DNA from: Burkholderia sp.
Lineage (GTDB): Bacteria; Pseudomonadota; Gammaproteobacteria; Burkholderiales; Burkholderiaceae
NCBI GenBank assembly: GCA_032470235.1
Contig: JAVHYW010000001.1
Coordinates: forward strand, 111,887-175,886
Reading direction: 5' to 3'
Length of the DNA: 64,000 nt
The position numbers and the translations under genes are program-made. This document shows, piece by piece, positions 1 to 12,461 of the stretch (within the stretch, counting starts at the first letter, position 1; the number at the start of each line of letters is the position of its first letter). The notes beneath the pieces were generated by a model, which saw only the letters and a program-made list of their open reading frames with translations, did no database searches and was not told the DNA's origin.

Positions 1-284
1 ACGCCTTCTTTCACGATAACTTGACATGATAATCTCGATGTTAGCTCAAGTCCCCAAACTTTGTCGAGCAAATCATCTTCATCATCGCTTGATTGATCTA
101 GTGAATTAAAGCCCTCTCGTATTACGACATGACATGTAGAACATGCACATGATTTCTCACAAGCATGCTCTATTTCAATACCATTATCGAGAAGAATATC
201 ACAGATACTCTTTCCAGGAATTGCCTCAATTATCATGCCATCCTGGCATAGTTCTCTATGAGGTAGTACTACTAATCGAGGCAT
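1..284 (-). CDS. fdx: ISC-type [2Fe-2S] ferredoxin Fdx (C-terminus runs off the window)
   Basis: Not in the ORF track. The reverse complement from 284 reads MPRLVVLPHRELCQDGMIIEAIPGKSICDILLDNGIEIEHACEKSCACSTCHVVIREGF...SRLSCQV, which has the C-x5-C-x2-C...C ferredoxin pattern. It lies directly downstream of hscA, as in iscSUA-hscBA-fdx. Confidence 0.85.
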   Translation of the reverse strand, partial: MPRLVVLPHRELCQDGMIIEAIPGKSICDILLDNGIEIEHACEKSCACSTCHVVIREGFNSLDQSSDDEDDLLDKVWGLELTSRLSCQVIVKEG

Positions 285-391
285 GTATAATTTTTTTATT
301 ATTAGTTAATTAAATAGAGCAAACATACCTTCGACTAAGAAACTTATCACGTCAGATTTTTCGATATCTTACCTATCATTCCTATAAAAAA

Positions 392-2254
392 TTAGACTTC
401 ATCTAGTCGACGCCCAGCGAGTGCTAATTTTACCCGTTTATTCATTCGACGAGCTGCAAATTCATTTGTACTTTCAACGAGTGCATTTATCGCTATATCG
501 ATAGCGTCTTTATTCTCGGTATGAATAATAGAACAAAGTTCGTTAACAAGCACATCTATTTCTTTTCGTTTTTTATCATCAAGCAATTCACTATCAGTAG
601 TAAGTGCTGTACGAGTTATCTCAATTAAACGTTCAGCTTCGATCTTTTTTTCACGAAGTTCTCGTGTACGAGTATCTATATCAGTTGCTTGAAAACCATC
701 TTTAATCATTTTCTCAACATCTTCTTCTGTAAGACCGTATGATGGCTTCACGACAACGGATGCTTTAGAACCAGAATATCGCTCGTTTGCGAACACTGAT
801 AGTAGTCCATCTGAATCTATTTGATAAGTTACGCTAATATTAGCAATTCCAGCTGGCATTGGTGGAATATCACACAATTCGAAACGTGCTAGAGATCGAC
901 AATCCTCAGCAAGATTTCTCTCACCCTGTACTACATGTATAGCAATTTTAGTCTGTCCATCTTTAAATGTCGTAAACTCCTGGGTATGAGAAACTGGAAC
1001 AGTTGAATTTCGTGGAATAATATTTTGAACGAGCCCACCTATTGTCTCAATACCGAGTGATAACGGGATAATATCTAGTAATAACCAATCCTTACCAGTA
1101 CTTTGATTACCCACTAGTAAATCTGCCTGAATCGCTGCACCAAGTGCAACAACCTGATCAGGATTAAGATCAATGAATGGAGATTTCCCAAAAAACTTCT
1201 TGACCGCATCTCGTATTATAGGCATCCGCGTCGAGCCGCCGACTAGTACAATTCCATTCATATCAGTAGGCGCAAGATTTGCGTCATGTATACTCTTACG
1301 AGTTAGAACTAACGTACGCTTTACCAACGCATCAACAACAGATGCTAATGTTTCATATGTAACTATTAGTTTTATCCGGGTACCGGTTGATAACGTTACA
1401 TCGATTTCTGCTGATAATGCAGATGATAATTTTTCTTTAAGCTGACGTACATGATTAAGTAATAGACGCACATCCTTCGAAATAATTTTTTCAGCATTAA
1501 GATTCGACTGTTCGAGTATATGCATATATAAGGCTTCGTCAAAATCATCACCGCCAAGAGCAGAATCTCCTCCAGAAGCGAGAACTTCGAACATACCTTT
1601 TGTCAGTCTTAGAATTGAAAGATCAAATGTACCACCACCGAGATCATAAACCGCGTACAGCCCCTCTGCACTATTGTCAAGTCCGTATGCGATTGCAGCT
1701 GCGGTTGGTTCATTTAGGAGACGAAGAACATTTAGTCCTCCAAGTCTTGCGGCATCTTTCGTTGCCTGACGCTGTGCTTCATCAAAATATGCGGGAACTG
1801 TAATTACAGCTCCAATAAGCTGGCTACCAAGTGAATCTTCCGCACGCTTACGGAGCGTCGAGAGAATCTCAGCGGAGATTTCAACAGGACTCTTTATACC
1901 GTCAACAGTACGTAACTTAACCATACCAGGTTCATCAACAAATTCATATTGTGTGTTTGTTGCCCCTTTAACTTCTTCCTTACCTCTGGCCATAAAACGC
2001 TTTATCGATACAATCGTGTTATGCGGATCACGTGCAGCTTCATCTTTTGCGATTTGTCCAACCCATTTTTCACCATTTTCTAAATAACGTACAACAGATG
2101 GTAATAGTACTCGTCCCTGTTCATCAGGAATCACCTCCGGAACGTTATTTCGTACAACGGCTACTAGCGAGTTTGTTGTACCAAGATCAATCCCAACGGC
2201 AAGATACCGCTTTTGTGGAGACGCACTAGGCTCAGAAATTTTTAGTAAAGTCAT
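392..2254 (-). CDS. hscA: Fe-S cluster assembly chaperone HscA (Hsp70 family)
   Basis: 620-aa ORF with the N-terminal GIDLGTTNS Hsp70 motif, an HscA-typical length, and a position between hscB and fdx. Confidence 0.95.
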   Translation of the reverse strand: MTLLKISEPSASPQKRYLAVGIDLGTTNSLVAVVRNNVPEVIPDEQGRVLLPSVVRYLENGEKWVGQIAKDEAARDPHNTIVSIKRFMARGKEEVKGATNTQYEFVDEPGMVKLRTVDGIKSPVEISAEILSTLRKRAEDSLGSQLIGAVITVPAYFDEAQRQATKDAARLGGLNVLRLLNEPTAAAIAYGLDNSAEGLYAVYDLGGGTFDLSILRLTKGMFEVLASGGDSALGGDDFDEALYMHILEQSNLNAEKIISKDVRLLLNHVRQLKEKLSSALSAEIDVTLSTGTRIKLIVTYETLASVVDALVKRTLVLTRKSIHDANLAPTDMNGIVLVGGSTRMPIIRDAVKKFFGKSPFIDLNPDQVVALGAAIQADLLVGNQSTGKDWLLLDIIPLSLGIETIGGLVQNIIPRNSTVPVSHTQEFTTFKDGQTKIAIHVVQGERNLAEDCRSLARFELCDIPPMPAGIANISVTYQIDSDGLLSVFANERYSGSKASVVVKPSYGLTEEDVEKMIKDGFQATDIDTRTRELREKKIEAERLIEITRTALTTDSELLDDKKRKEIDVLVNELCSIIHTENKDAIDIAINALVESTNEFAARRMNKRVKLALAGRRLDEV

Positions 2255-2351
2255 CTTTTATTTCGTTAGAATATTAAGCCTTTTTACAAGCTATATAAGG
2301 GGGGCGCATACAGCTTTATTAGTATCTAAGATATTCTCGTAGACGTTCAAT

Positions 2352-2481
2352 TGACACGCCTAATGAATATCATCTGCCGTACAACTTTGTAAGCAACTTG
2401 ATATTTTTGAATTTGCTTCTGATATGACACGCCTAATGAATATTATCTGCCGTACAAATTTGTAAGCAGCTTGATATTTTT
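2352..2481. repeat. 57-bp direct repeat (2352-2408 and 2425-2481, 3 mismatches, 73-bp offset) at the 3' end of hscB
   Basis: Read directly: TGACACGCCTAATGAATAT[C/T]ATCTGCCGTACAA[C/A]TTTGTAAGCA[A/G]CTTGATATTTTT occurs twice, separated by 16 nt. Confidence 0.9.
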
Positions 2482-2911
2482 TATAGCTAAGAAACGATCT
2501 GACTTTGTCAAACCGAATATTCTCTTCATTTTTTAGTTCTTCAAGTAGCTCGATAATAGCACTAATATTATGTTTACAAAATAAATCTTCTAGTACATTA
2601 TACCATTCCATTTGCTGAGCTAAGAATTTCGGATCCATTGCTATTTTATTTTTTGCGCTCATATCGATGCTATGTATACTTAGTATGTAAATAGCACGAT
2701 TTAGTGGATCACATAGTGTACGATATGCCTCGTTTGTATGCGTTGTCCACTGCATAGCGATATGCTTTTGCATATCGCTAGCCGCTACAAATCGATCAGG
2801 ATGCACCTGTTTCTGAATAGTTCTATATGCAGAATTAAGTGCAAATAAATCAATTTCAAAATGTTCGGGTAGATGAAATAAATCGAAGTATGTATCTTTT
2901 AGTAAGATCAT
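2360..2911 (-). CDS. hscB: Fe-S co-chaperone HscB (J-domain)
   Basis: 183-aa ORF with the J-domain HPD motif (QKQVHPDRF), lying between iscA and hscA. Its C-terminal 16 codons are encoded by the second copy of the 57-bp repeat in a shifted frame. Confidence 0.9.
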   Translation of the reverse strand: MILLKDTYFDLFHLPEHFEIDLFALNSAYRTIQKQVHPDRFVAASDMQKHIAMQWTTHTNEAYRTLCDPLNRAIYILSIHSIDMSAKNKIAMDPKFLAQQMEWYNVLEDLFCKHNISAIIELLEELKNEENIRFDKVRSFLSYKKYQAAYKFVRQIIFIRRVISEANSKISSCLQSCTADDIH

Positions 2912-3040
2912 CTCAAGTTGTCCGTTGGTAATCGTGCTTTATATCTAAAAAACGCGCGATATCCTTTTATTAAAGCTATATGAGTCTACTCTGTATCTTT
3001 TCTAGATACCTTGTATAGAAGTCATAGAAGTCAGTGCACA

Positions 3041-3364
3041 TCAAATATGAAATGACTCACCGCAACCACATTTACCCTTAATATTTGGATTACTAAACTG
3101 AAATCCTTCGTTTAGCCCTTTACGAGCAAAATCAAGTTCTGTTCCATCAATATATATCAAACTTCTCTGATCGACGACAATTCTTACACCATGACTCTCA
3201 AATACTTGATCATCAGGTGTAAGATTGTCGACATATTCGAGTTTATATGCAAAACCGGAACAACCACCTTTATGTACTTTAAGTCGCAAACCAATCCCTT
3301 TTCCACGTTGTGTTAGATATTTCTGTATACGATTCGCTGCTTTTTTAGTCAGTGTAATTGTCAT
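3041..3364 (-). CDS. iscA: Fe-S cluster insertion/scaffold protein IscA
   Basis: 107 aa with the C-terminal CGCGESF motif plus an upstream Cys (GGCSGF). Operon position fits. Confidence 0.93.
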   Translation of the reverse strand: MTITLTKKAANRIQKYLTQRGKGIGLRLKVHKGGCSGFAYKLEYVDNLTPDDQVFESHGVRIVVDQRSLIYIDGTELDFARKGLNEGFQFSNPNIKGKCGCGESFHI

Positions 3365-3439
3365 GAGAATTTCTATTCACAAATTTTTTAGGTTTTTGGT
3401 AAAAATAATTACGGCCTAAAGTACATAATTAGCCCCTAT

Positions 3440-3853
3440 TTACATTTTATTCTCTGCAAGAGCAGTATTACTTTGTTGGCGGTTTCTATAGTCAGCAACT
3501 GCTGCTTTAATTGCGTCCTCAGCAAGTATTGAGCAGTGAACTTTAACAGGAGGTAGTGCGAGTTCTTCAGAGATCTGTGTATTCTTAATTGATAGAGCCT
3601 GATCAAGTGTCTTTCCCTTGATCCATTCAGTTACGAATGAGCTTGAAGCAATTGCTGAACCACAGCCATACGTCTTAAACTTCGCATCTTCTATTACACC
3701 ATCTGTTCCGACTCGGATCTGGAGTTTCATTACATCTCCACAGACTGGTGCTCCAACAACTCCCGTACCAATAATTATATCGTCATCCTTTGGAAACGAG
3801 CCAACGTTACGTGGATTTTCATAATGATCTAAAACTTTATTGCTATAAGACAT
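3440..3853 (-). CDS. iscU: Fe-S cluster scaffold IscU
   Basis: 137 aa with GAPVCGDVMKLQI, YGCGSAIASSS and VHCSILAEDA, giving the three conserved Cys and the LPPVK motif. Confidence 0.95.
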   Translation of the reverse strand: MSYSNKVLDHYENPRNVGSFPKDDDIIIGTGVVGAPVCGDVMKLQIRVGTDGVIEDAKFKTYGCGSAIASSSFVTEWIKGKTLDQALSIKNTQISEELALPPVKVHCSILAEDAIKAAVADYRNRQQSNTALAENKM

Positions 3854-3915
3854 GATTATAGATTCCTTTTAGTAAAGCTGAATATTAATTATTTAGTTTT
3901 TCTACTCTGCTTTAT

Positions 3916-5139
3916 TTAATGTGTTGTCCATTTAACCATAGATAGATCGATACCCTCCTGATGCATTTCCCATAGTGGCGAGAGTTCGCGCAGCTTCTTA
4001 ATCTGTTTTTGTAGAAGATCAATTACATAGTCGATCTCTATTTCTGTTGTGAAACGACCAACTGTGAATCGAATTGAGCTGTGCGCGAGTTCATCATTGC
4101 GACCAAGAGCACGCAATACATATGAAGGTTCAAGCGAAGCTGAGGTACACGCTGAACCAGATGATACTGCAACGTCCTTGATAGCCATAATTAAAGATTC
4201 ACCCTCAACAAAATTAAAGCTGATATTTAAGTTATGTGGAACACGCTGTTTAATGTTCCCATTTATGTAAATTTCTTCTATAGAGGAGAGTCCATCAAAT
4301 AATCTATCGCGTAGTCGACGAATACGTTCATTCTCAGTCTCCATATCTTCTCTAGCGATTCTAAATGCTTCTCCCATGCCAACAATCTGGTGTGTCGGTA
4401 GCGTACCTGAACGCATTCCTCGCTCGTGACCACCACCGTGCATCTGTGCTTCGATTCGCACACGTGGCTTTCTTCGTACATAGAGTGCACCGATTCCCTT
4501 TGGACCATATACCTTGTGTGCAGAGAATGACATCAGATCAGCCTTTAGTTTCGCTAGATCGATATTAACTTTTCCAGCTGCTTGTGCAGCATCAATATGG
4601 AATATAATCCCTTTCTCACGGCAAATTTCACCTATCTCCATAACAGGCTGGATTACGCCAATCTCATTATTAACTAGCATAATAGATACAAGGATAGTGT
4701 CTGCGCGTAGCGCAGATTTAAATATTTGAAGATCAATTAGTCCATCAGGCTTTACATCTAGGTACATAACATCAAAGTCATCTCGTTCTAAATCACGACA
4801 TGTATCAAGCACTGCCTTGTGTTCAGTACGTAAAGTTATGAGATGTCTTCCTTTATTTTTATAGAAATACGCAGCACCTTTAATTGCTAAGTTATTGGAT
4901 TCGGTTGCTCCAGACGTCCAGATAATTTCACGGGGATCTGCGTTCACGAGGGAAGAAACTTGCTCACGAGCTTTTTCGACTGCACGATGTGCATCCCAAC
5001 CAAATACATGACTGCGCGATGCAGGATTACCAAATTGTTCTCGCAAATAAGGAAGCATCTTATCAACAACACGCGGGTCAATCGGCGTTGTCGCGCTGTA
5101 ATCCATATAGATTGGAAGTCTGAGGGTCGAGTGGTTCAT
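3916..5139 (-). CDS. iscS: Cysteine desulfurase IscS
   Basis: 407 aa with the PLP-lysine motif [12 protein letters not shown] and the active-site loop SSGSACTS. It is the first gene of the isc cluster. Confidence 0.95.
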   Translation of the reverse strand: MNHSTLRLPIYMDYSATTPIDPRVVDKMLPYLREQFGNPASRSHVFGWDAHRAVEKAREQVSSLVNADPREIIWTSGATESNNLAIKGAAYFYKNKGRHLITLRTEHKAVLDTCRDLERDDFDVMYLDVKPDGLIDLQIFKSALRADTILVSIMLVNNEIGVIQPVMEIGEICREKGIIFHIDAAQAAGKVNIDLAKLKADLMSFSAHKVYGPKGIGALYVRRKPRVRIEAQMHGGGHERGMRSGTLPTHQIVGMGEAFRIAREDMETENERIRRLRDRLFDGLSSIEEIYINGNIKQRVPHNLNISFNFVEGESLIMAIKDVAVSSGSACTSASLEPSYVLRALGRNDELAHSSIRFTVGRFTTEIEIDYVIDLLQKQIKKLRELSPLWEMHQEGIDLSMVKWTTH

Positions 5140-6029
5140 CTACTTTTTTTAAAAAATATTAAAGTAAAATTATTATAACTATAATCATGATGAATTTTCT
5201 TGAGTATAAATTCTAAAGAAATTTAAAGTTAAGTATTCTTTGTAATTATTATTACGATCTCTATAAAAAATATACTTACAAGCTCGCTCATGATTATATG
5301 AGAAGAACTATATAGTTAAAATATAAAAACTATTCATATATAACTCATATATAACTTTACAAGTTTATATATCTATTACAATAACTATATATTAGAAGAA
5401 CTTTAAATGTCTATAACGTATATCTTACTTAGAAGAGTTCCTTTAATTTTATAATCAAGATAGCTTAAAATATCCAGAATACTAATATTTCATTACTATA
5501 CAATGTCACAGATCAGTTTTTCGATTCCTATTAATCTTAAATACATGAAACAGATACCCGAAGTAACTCAGATAGTCTAATCATTAGCAAGATAATATAA
5601 ATTTTTTCATGTATCTTACTCACTCATTCTTTTTAAAATTTTTATCAACATAAAAACTAAATAAATTCTGGAATAGAAATCATTAATCTTCAGTTTTAGT
5701 AAGTATAAAAGATGTTACTACTATAGTAGATAGAACGAGATAAAAAATCTATAAGAATTGAAATCAAAATTCATATTTTTCATATTTTCCCTATTTGATA
5801 TCACTAGATATCAAAATGACAAGATATACCAATTAAATTGAAAATAATTACTATTCTCCTTGAGACGAAAAATCATAGCTAATACGTGTTCAAATTAATA
5901 ATTAAAATTAATTAGTCTCTAACTATCTATAGATTGAATTTTAATAAATTTTAAATAAAAGGGAAACAATTTTTGAAATTTCGTACTTCTATATTTTGTT
6001 TGCATTTCTTCCTCTAGGAGGAATGTTTG

Positions 6030-7298
6030 TTAACGTACTTCGCCGTGCCCGAGTACAATATACTTCATAGATGTCAGGCCTTCTAAACCAACTGGGCCGC
6101 GAGCATGAAGCTTATCGTTCGAGATGCCAATCTCAGCACCGAGACCAAACTCAAAACCGTCTGCAAAGCGCGTTGATGCGTTGATCATCACAGTTGCCGA
6201 ATCAACTTCGCGTAGAAATTGCATGGCGCGGTTATGATCATCAGTAACTATCGAGTCTGTATGATGTGAGCCAAAAGTATTGATATGCTGAATCGCATCT
6301 GTTATACTATCGACAGTCTTTATTGCGAGCACTGGTGACATGTACTCTGTCTGCCAATCCAATTCAGTTGCTTCAATAAGAGGACCAACCTCAGAAGTTC
6401 TAAGCGTCTCTCGTGCCGCCTGATCAACACGCAATTCAACGCCCTTATTTCTATATATACGGCAAAGTAATGGCAACAATCTCTGAGAAATACCTCTTGA
6501 AACAAGGAGAGTTTCCATAGCGTTACAGGCGCTATAGCGATTCGTTTTTGCATTGTCACAGATGCTAATTGCCTTCTTGAGATCAGCTCGATCATCTACA
6601 TACACGTGACAGATTCCATCAAGATGCTTAATCATCGGTACACGAGCTTCAGAAATCAACCGTTTTATTAGACTCTTGCCACCTCGTGGAATGATCACAT
6701 CAATATACTCTTTCATCGTAATCATTTTTCCGACAGCCGCACGATCAGCAATCGATACAACCTGTACTATATTCTGAGGTAGCCCAACCAAGGTAAGCCC
6801 TTCGCCGATTAGCTTCGCTAATATCATATTCGATTCGAGTGCCTCAGAACCTCCTCGAAGGATCGTCGCATTTCCAGATTTCAGGCATAATGCAGCGGCG
6901 TCGATAGTCACATTTGGACGCGATTCATATATAATACCGATTACGCCGATTGGAACTCGCATCTGACCTACTTGAATTCCACTAGTACGATATTTTAGGT
7001 TAACGATTTCTCCGATCGGATCGTCCATAGATGCTACTTGATGCAAGCTTTCAATTATTATTCTTAGACCATTATCTGATAGAGTTAGACGATCAATAAA
7101 AGCTGAGCTTAGCCCTTTTTCGCGCGCGCGCGTGATATCGCGTAAATTTGCGCTTTTTAACGTCTCTATTTCTCGTTCGATTGCCGATGCAATTGCGTTG
7201 AGTACTGCGCTCTTTTCTGCTGTGCTTGCACGCGCAATGGAATTGGATGCTATGCGGGCATTATGGCCCAAGTGCATCATATATTGATTAATATCCAT
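6030..7298 (-). CDS. proA: Gamma-glutamyl phosphate reductase
   Basis: 422-aa aldehyde-dehydrogenase-like ORF with the catalytic-Cys region [12 protein letters not shown] and GPVGLEGL near the C-terminus. Confidence 0.92.
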   Translation of the reverse strand: MDINQYMMHLGHNARIASNSIARASTAEKSAVLNAIASAIEREIETLKSANLRDITRAREKGLSSAFIDRLTLSDNGLRIIIESLHQVASMDDPIGEIVNLKYRTSGIQVGQMRVPIGVIGIIYESRPNVTIDAAALCLKSGNATILRGGSEALESNMILAKLIGEGLTLVGLPQNIVQVVSIADRAAVGKMITMKEYIDVIIPRGGKSLIKRLISEARVPMIKHLDGICHVYVDDRADLKKAISICDNAKTNRYSACNAMETLLVSRGISQRLLPLLCRIYRNKGVELRVDQAARETLRTSEVGPLIEATELDWQTEYMSPVLAIKTVDSITDAIQHINTFGSHHTDSIVTDDHNRAMQFLREVDSATVMINASTRFADGFEFGLGAEIGISNDKLHARGPVGLEGLTSMKYIVLGHGEVR

Positions 7299-7324
7299 TA
7301 TAAAATATTAAAGTACTGCTTATC

Positions 7325-8392
7325 CTATGAAATGAATGGCTTGACTAATATCATCGTGAGTTTAAATAGTCCATCCCATGGATCAGGGGGGAGGTTATCT
7401 CGATATTTTTGTGATAAATGAGCGAATGTAGTTATACCTTTAACTTGTCGATCGAGTTGTGCTGCGAATATGAGTGCTTTTTCTAGTACTGACTCGGATA
7501 TGCGGTTTAGCGTATGTATGATTAGTCGCTCGTGCGCTACTCTCACTCTGTTTTCACGTAGTAGAAGCCCGATTGACTTGCCAAGCCTGATACCACGCTT
7601 TATTCGGAATAACCTGTGAAGTTCCTCAACAACTATCCATATAACAAGTACTATTGCTGCACCTTCACCCTTCAGTCCGGAAATCACGCGCTTAAGTCTT
7701 ACAGGATCACCGGAAAGCATTGCTTCGTTTATCTTAAATACATCATAGCGTGAAACACTTAGTATAGATTCATGAATCTGCTCGAACGATAGCAATCCTT
7801 TTGGATATAATAGCCCAAGTTTCTGGATTTCCTGATGTGCAGCGACTAGATTACCTTCAACCCGTTCTGCGATAAATTGCAGAGTTTGCCATCCTTCATC
7901 CCCGTTTACAACATACTGGCCCTGCATAGAAAGACGCTGATTAATCCAATTTGGTAACTGAGAATGCTCGATAGGAGTAACCTTTAATGAAACTCCACGA
8001 TTAACGATCATATTAAACCAAGAAGATTGCTTTGTCTCTATATCAATATTTTCTAGAATAATAAGAAATAGAACGTCAGAATTATTAATTCTTGCGAGTC
8101 TTTTCAGTACATCTGATCCTTCTTTACCAGGTTTACCAAACGGAATTCGAAGTTCTATAAAATGTAGTTTGCTGAATAGTGATATCTCTTGTATTGAATC
8201 GATTAAAACTTTCCAGTTGAACCCACGTTCGACCGTATATATTGAATGCTCGATGAATCCAGCTTTCTTAGAAGCTAAGCGGATATGATCACAAGCCTCA
8301 TGTAAAAGCAATGGTTCGTTTCCATATATGATATATAATCCGGCAAGTTCTTTTTCAAGATGCGCAGGAAGTCTATCAAGTGATATTTGCAT
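7325..8392 (-). CDS. holA: DNA polymerase III delta subunit
   Basis: 355 aa with an N-terminal LYIIYGNEPLL-type motif, in the conserved leuS-(lptE)-holA neighbourhood. Confidence 0.8.
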   Translation of the reverse strand: MQISLDRLPAHLEKELAGLYIIYGNEPLLLHEACDHIRLASKKAGFIEHSIYTVERGFNWKVLIDSIQEISLFSKLHFIELRIPFGKPGKEGSDVLKRLARINNSDVLFLIILENIDIETKQSSWFNMIVNRGVSLKVTPIEHSQLPNWINQRLSMQGQYVVNGDEGWQTLQFIAERVEGNLVAAHQEIQKLGLLYPKGLLSFEQIHESILSVSRYDVFKINEAMLSGDPVRLKRVISGLKGEGAAIVLVIWIVVEELHRLFRIKRGIRLGKSIGLLLRENRVRVAHERLIIHTLNRISESVLEKALIFAAQLDRQVKGITTFAHLSQKYRDNLPPDPWDGLFKLTMILVKPFIS

Positions 8393-8507
8393 TTGTTCTA
8401 GATAAAATCTTGCAAATAAGTAAGTAAATATGACGATTAGACGTAGGAGACATTTTACACTACCCCATTCATGGGGTTGAGAGATCTATATAGAGGTGAG
8501 ATTGCCA

Positions 8508-8533
8508 GATATACAATTAATTAATTGTATATC
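8508..8533. repeat. Perfect 26-bp palindrome GATATACAATTAA|TTAATTGTATATC
   Basis: Read directly. The 13+13 nt arms have no spacer and no mismatch. It lies in the leuS-holA spacer. Confidence 0.9.
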
Positions 8534-8698
8534 CAACTACAGAATTTCTATCTTCTAAATTTTAGTATTTGTATGCCGCTTACACATTTTTATATATAGT
8601 TCTCACTTTTCATTAAAATGTTTTACAAGATAGGATCTATCTTTTGGATAGACTAGATTTTTATTAAATTATTTAATATGAAAACTAATTGACATTAC

Positions 8699-11308
8699 TT
8701 AGACGATAATATTAACAAGTTGTCCTGGTATAATAATCACATTCTTTACTGATTTCTTATCTTTGCAAAATTTCTCGAATATTTTACTAGAAAGCGCAAC
8801 TCTTTTAATCGCCTCGTTTTGTGTATCTTTTAATACCTTAATTGTACCGCGAACCCGACCATTCACCTGGAGAACAAGTTTGATCTCTAACTGTTCAAGC
8901 GCAGACTTGTCTATCTCAGGCCAAGGTGCATCAAGCAGAATACCGAATTCTTTTGTGAAATTAAGAGCTTTCCAAAGCTCAAATGTGATGTGTGGAATGA
9001 CTGGATATAGTACACGTAACAATACACTATATATTTCGCGTAGTACCATCGGTGTCGCGCCCTTCGCAGTTTCGAGTGCATTTAGCATCTTCATCGACGC
9101 GGATACAACTGTGTTATACTGTAGACGTTGATAATCGAAATCTGCCTGCTTAAAAAGGCTATAAATTTTATGACGTAGCGTCTTATCTAAATTGCTAAGC
9201 TCTACTTTATCTAAAGTAGTAGCAGAAATATTACATATGCTAAGAACTTCTTGATTCAGATAGCCAAATTTCCATAGACGACGTAAGAAACGGCTAGCGC
9301 CATCTACTCCAGAGTCTGACCATTCTAGATGTTGTTCTGGTGCTGCTGCAAACATTGTGAACAGACGTACTGTGTCCGCACCGTATTGATTAATTAAGAT
9401 CTGTGGATCAACTCCATTATTCTTTGACTTTGACATTTTTTTAATGCCGCCAAGTATTACTGGCTGTCCATCAGAATTTAGTATCGCACTGACTGCACGA
9501 CCCTTACAGTCAAGCATAACTGTCACATCGCTTGGGTTGTACCAAGTTTTCTTACTAGATAAATCCTTACGATAAAATGTTTCATTTAAAACCATGCCTT
9601 GTGTAAGTAACCTTTTTATTGGCTCAGTAAACTTTAATAAGCCAAGATCGTGTAGAACTTTTATCCAGAAACGTGAATACAGCAAGTGCAAAATTGCATG
9701 TTCGATACCGCCTATGTATTGATCTATAGGCATCCAGTAATCTGTTCGCTCATCGAGCATTAATTTCGAATCTGATGCAGTGTAGCGTAAGAAATACCAG
9801 GATGAATCGACAAACGTATCCATTGTATCAGTTTCTCTCTGAGCACTTCTGCCACACTTCGGGCATGAGCAGTTTATAAACGTCTCAGATTTCTCTAGCG
9901 GATTACCAGAGCTATCCGGTATAAGGTCTTCAGGCAATAGAACTGGAAGATCCTGCTCCGGAACTGGTACATCACCACAAGATGAACAATGTATAATCGG
10001 AATAGGAGTTCCCCAGTATCGTTGCCGTGATATACCCCAGTCGCGGAGTCGCCATCTAATTTTCTTATTTCCGAAGCCACGTGTATTTAGATCAATAGAA
10101 ATTACGTCTACTGCTTCCGTATACGTAAGACCATCATATTTTCCACTATTTATACAGACCCCACTGGTCTTATCGGCATACCATTTACGCCAAATATCTG
10201 TTGAATATATTTTATTCTCAACTGCAATTACCTGTTTGATTTCTAGATCATACTTCTTCGCGAACGTGAAATCACGCTCGTCATGAGCAGGGACTCCCAT
10301 CACTGCGCCTTCACCATAACTCATTAAAACGAAGTTGCTTATCCACACATCAATAGAGCATCCTGTTATCGGATGTTCGACTCTAAAGCCAGTTGCAATG
10401 CCCTTCTTTTCTATAAGAGATATATCGGCCTCAGCGGTCGAGGTATGTTTATATTCGTTAATAAATTTAAGAAGCTCTGGCTTATCCTTAGCAAGACGCA
10501 TCGCGAGCCAATGCTCAGGTGCGATTGCAAGGAACGTAACACCCATAATTGTATCAACGCGTGTTGTGAAAACATGTAGCAATCCCCTCTCTTTATCAAG
10601 TTCGTATGGGAACCCAACACTTATACCAAAGCTTTTTCCAATCCAGTTCTTCTGCATGATCTTCACACTTTCTGGCCAATCAAGTTCATCAAGATCATTC
10701 AGTAGTTTATCTGCATACTTCGTGATTCGCAGATAATACATTGGTATTTCACGCTTCTCAACTGGCACACCAGAACGCCAGCCGCATCCATCAATTACCT
10801 GTTCATTCGCAAGAACAGTTTTATCAACTGGATCCCAGTTTACAGATCCAGTCTTTTTATAAGCAATACCCATTTCAAGCATTTTAAGGAATATCCATTG
10901 GCTCCACTTGTAATAGGTAGACTTACAAGTCACGATTTCCCGTGACCAATCAATAGCTAGACCTATTGAGTGCATCTGGTCTTTCATATAACTAATGTTT
11001 TCATAAGTCCATTTCGCAGGTGATACAGTGTTCTCTATTGCAGCATTCTCAGATGGCATTCCGAAAGCGTCCCAGCCCATCGGCATTAGCACATTGTAGC
11101 CATTCATCCGAAGATAGCGATACATTACGTCGTTAATTGTATAGTTACGCACATGACCCATATGTAATTTTCCGGATGGATAGGGTAACATTGAAACGCA
11201 GTAGAACTTAGGCTTTCTAGAATCTTCCTTTGCCTTATAGACATCTGCTGCTTTCCAGTCGCGACGAGCGGCCGACTCAACATCGGCATGTACATATCTT
11301 TCGTGCAT
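8699..11308 (-). CDS. leuS: Leucyl-tRNA synthetase
   Basis: 869 aa with the HIGH-type motif ([11 protein letters not shown]) and the KMSKS motif (KKMSKSKNN). Confidence 0.96.
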   Translation of the reverse strand: MHERYVHADVESAARRDWKAADVYKAKEDSRKPKFYCVSMLPYPSGKLHMGHVRNYTINDVMYRYLRMNGYNVLMPMGWDAFGMPSENAAIENTVSPAKWTYENISYMKDQMHSIGLAIDWSREIVTCKSTYYKWSQWIFLKMLEMGIAYKKTGSVNWDPVDKTVLANEQVIDGCGWRSGVPVEKREIPMYYLRITKYADKLLNDLDELDWPESVKIMQKNWIGKSFGISVGFPYELDKERGLLHVFTTRVDTIMGVTFLAIAPEHWLAMRLAKDKPELLKFINEYKHTSTAEADISLIEKKGIATGFRVEHPITGCSIDVWISNFVLMSYGEGAVMGVPAHDERDFTFAKKYDLEIKQVIAVENKIYSTDIWRKWYADKTSGVCINSGKYDGLTYTEAVDVISIDLNTRGFGNKKIRWRLRDWGISRQRYWGTPIPIIHCSSCGDVPVPEQDLPVLLPEDLIPDSSGNPLEKSETFINCSCPKCGRSAQRETDTMDTFVDSSWYFLRYTASDSKLMLDERTDYWMPIDQYIGGIEHAILHLLYSRFWIKVLHDLGLLKFTEPIKRLLTQGMVLNETFYRKDLSSKKTWYNPSDVTVMLDCKGRAVSAILNSDGQPVILGGIKKMSKSKNNGVDPQILINQYGADTVRLFTMFAAAPEQHLEWSDSGVDGASRFLRRLWKFGYLNQEVLSICNISATTLDKVELSNLDKTLRHKIYSLFKQADFDYQRLQYNTVVSASMKMLNALETAKGATPMVLREIYSVLLRVLYPVIPHITFELWKALNFTKEFGILLDAPWPEIDKSALEQLEIKLVLQVNGRVRGTIKVLKDTQNEAIKRVALSSKIFEKFCKDKKSVKNVIIIPGQLVNIIV

Positions 11309-11663
11309 GCTTAGATTTAGATTTGTATTCCTTAGAAGCAGAATAATGAATTAAATTGATTGAAATTGTGTGAATTGAAACCGTAATTTATTTACTGGAT
11401 TAGTCTAAAACTTTAGAAAATAGAAAGTATTCTATAAAATATATCAAACAAAGAGTATTTATTATACAATTTTCGATCTCTTATATATGTAGCTTTTAAG
11501 GGATTAAGTTTAAGATTAATAGCTTCCTATATTTGAATAAATATATTCTGATACTGGATCAAAGTTAGGTTAATTTAATAGTAAAGAAACAGATTTTTTT
11601 TATTAAAAAGGCAGATTATGACTATTCTTATAAAAAAATATAAACTGTTTTGATGATAATCGT

Positions 11664-12461
11664 TTAACGAACACTAAGTACGTCCTGCATATCATAAAGT
11701 CCAGATCTATGAGCTGAAAGGAAACGAACTGCACGTAGAGCGCCATATGCATAGGACATACGGCTTGAAGATTTATGTGTAATCTCTATACGCTCGCCTG
11801 TTCCAGCAAATAGTACAGTATGATCTCCAACAATATCACCTCCTCGAATTGTTGAAAAACCGATTGATGATTTATTTCGCTTCCTAGTTATGCCATGGCG
11901 ACTATATACCGCACAATCTTTAAGAGAACGTCCTAGAGTTGTAGCGATAACCTCACCCATCATTAGCGCAGTGCCAGACGGCGCATCTATCTTATAACGA
12001 TGATGTTTTTCAATAATTTCGATATCATAGTCGTTCGCTAAATGCTTAGATGCTAACTTGATAAGTTTCACCATGATATTTACACCAACACTCATATTCG
12101 GGGAGAGTACGATACCTATATTATTAGCCGCCGCTTTGATCACTAATTTCTGTTCGTCTGAGAAACCAGTTGTTCCAATCACTAACCTAACTTTGTGGAG
12201 TTGAGCAGCTTTAACATGCATGATTGTACTTTCTGGATTCGTGAAATCGATCAGATAATCAGAGTTCGAGAGTACCGCATCGATATCATTAGTCAGCATT
12301 ATGCCAGTTTTTTTACCAAGAAATAAACCTGCATCCTGACCAAAGTGCACTCCATTTGATCGACTGAGGACGCCTGTAAGTTTCATATCTGGATCTTTGA
12401 GAATAGCCTCGATTAGTATCCGACCCATCCTTCCTGATGCTCCTGCAATTGCAATTTTCAT
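11664..12461 (-). CDS. dapB: 4-hydroxy-tetrahydrodipicolinate reductase
   Basis: 265 aa with the N-terminal [14 protein letters not shown] nucleotide fold and [16 protein letters not shown]. Confidence 0.93.
   Translation of the reverse strand: MKIAIAGASGRMGRILIEAILKDPDMKLTGVLSRSNGVHFGQDAGLFLGKKTGIMLTNDIDAVLSNSDYLIDFTNPESTIMHVKAAQLHKVRLVIGTTGFSDEQKLVIKAAANNIGIVLSPNMSVGVNIMVKLIKLASKHLANDYDIEIIEKHHRYKIDAPSGTALMMGEVIATTLGRSLKDCAVYSRHGITRKRNKSSIGFSTIRGGDIVGDHTVLFAGTGERIEITHKSSSRMSYAYGALRAVRFLSAHRSGLYDMQDVLSVR

Noticed and set aside
5515-5528. 14-mer AGTTTTTCGATTCC shared between the iscS-upstream spacer (5515-5528) and the ridA-ubiE spacer (24236-24249).
   Set aside because: It is a single short exact match with no similarity in the flanks. 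That is compatible with chance among about 10 kb of AT-rich spacers.
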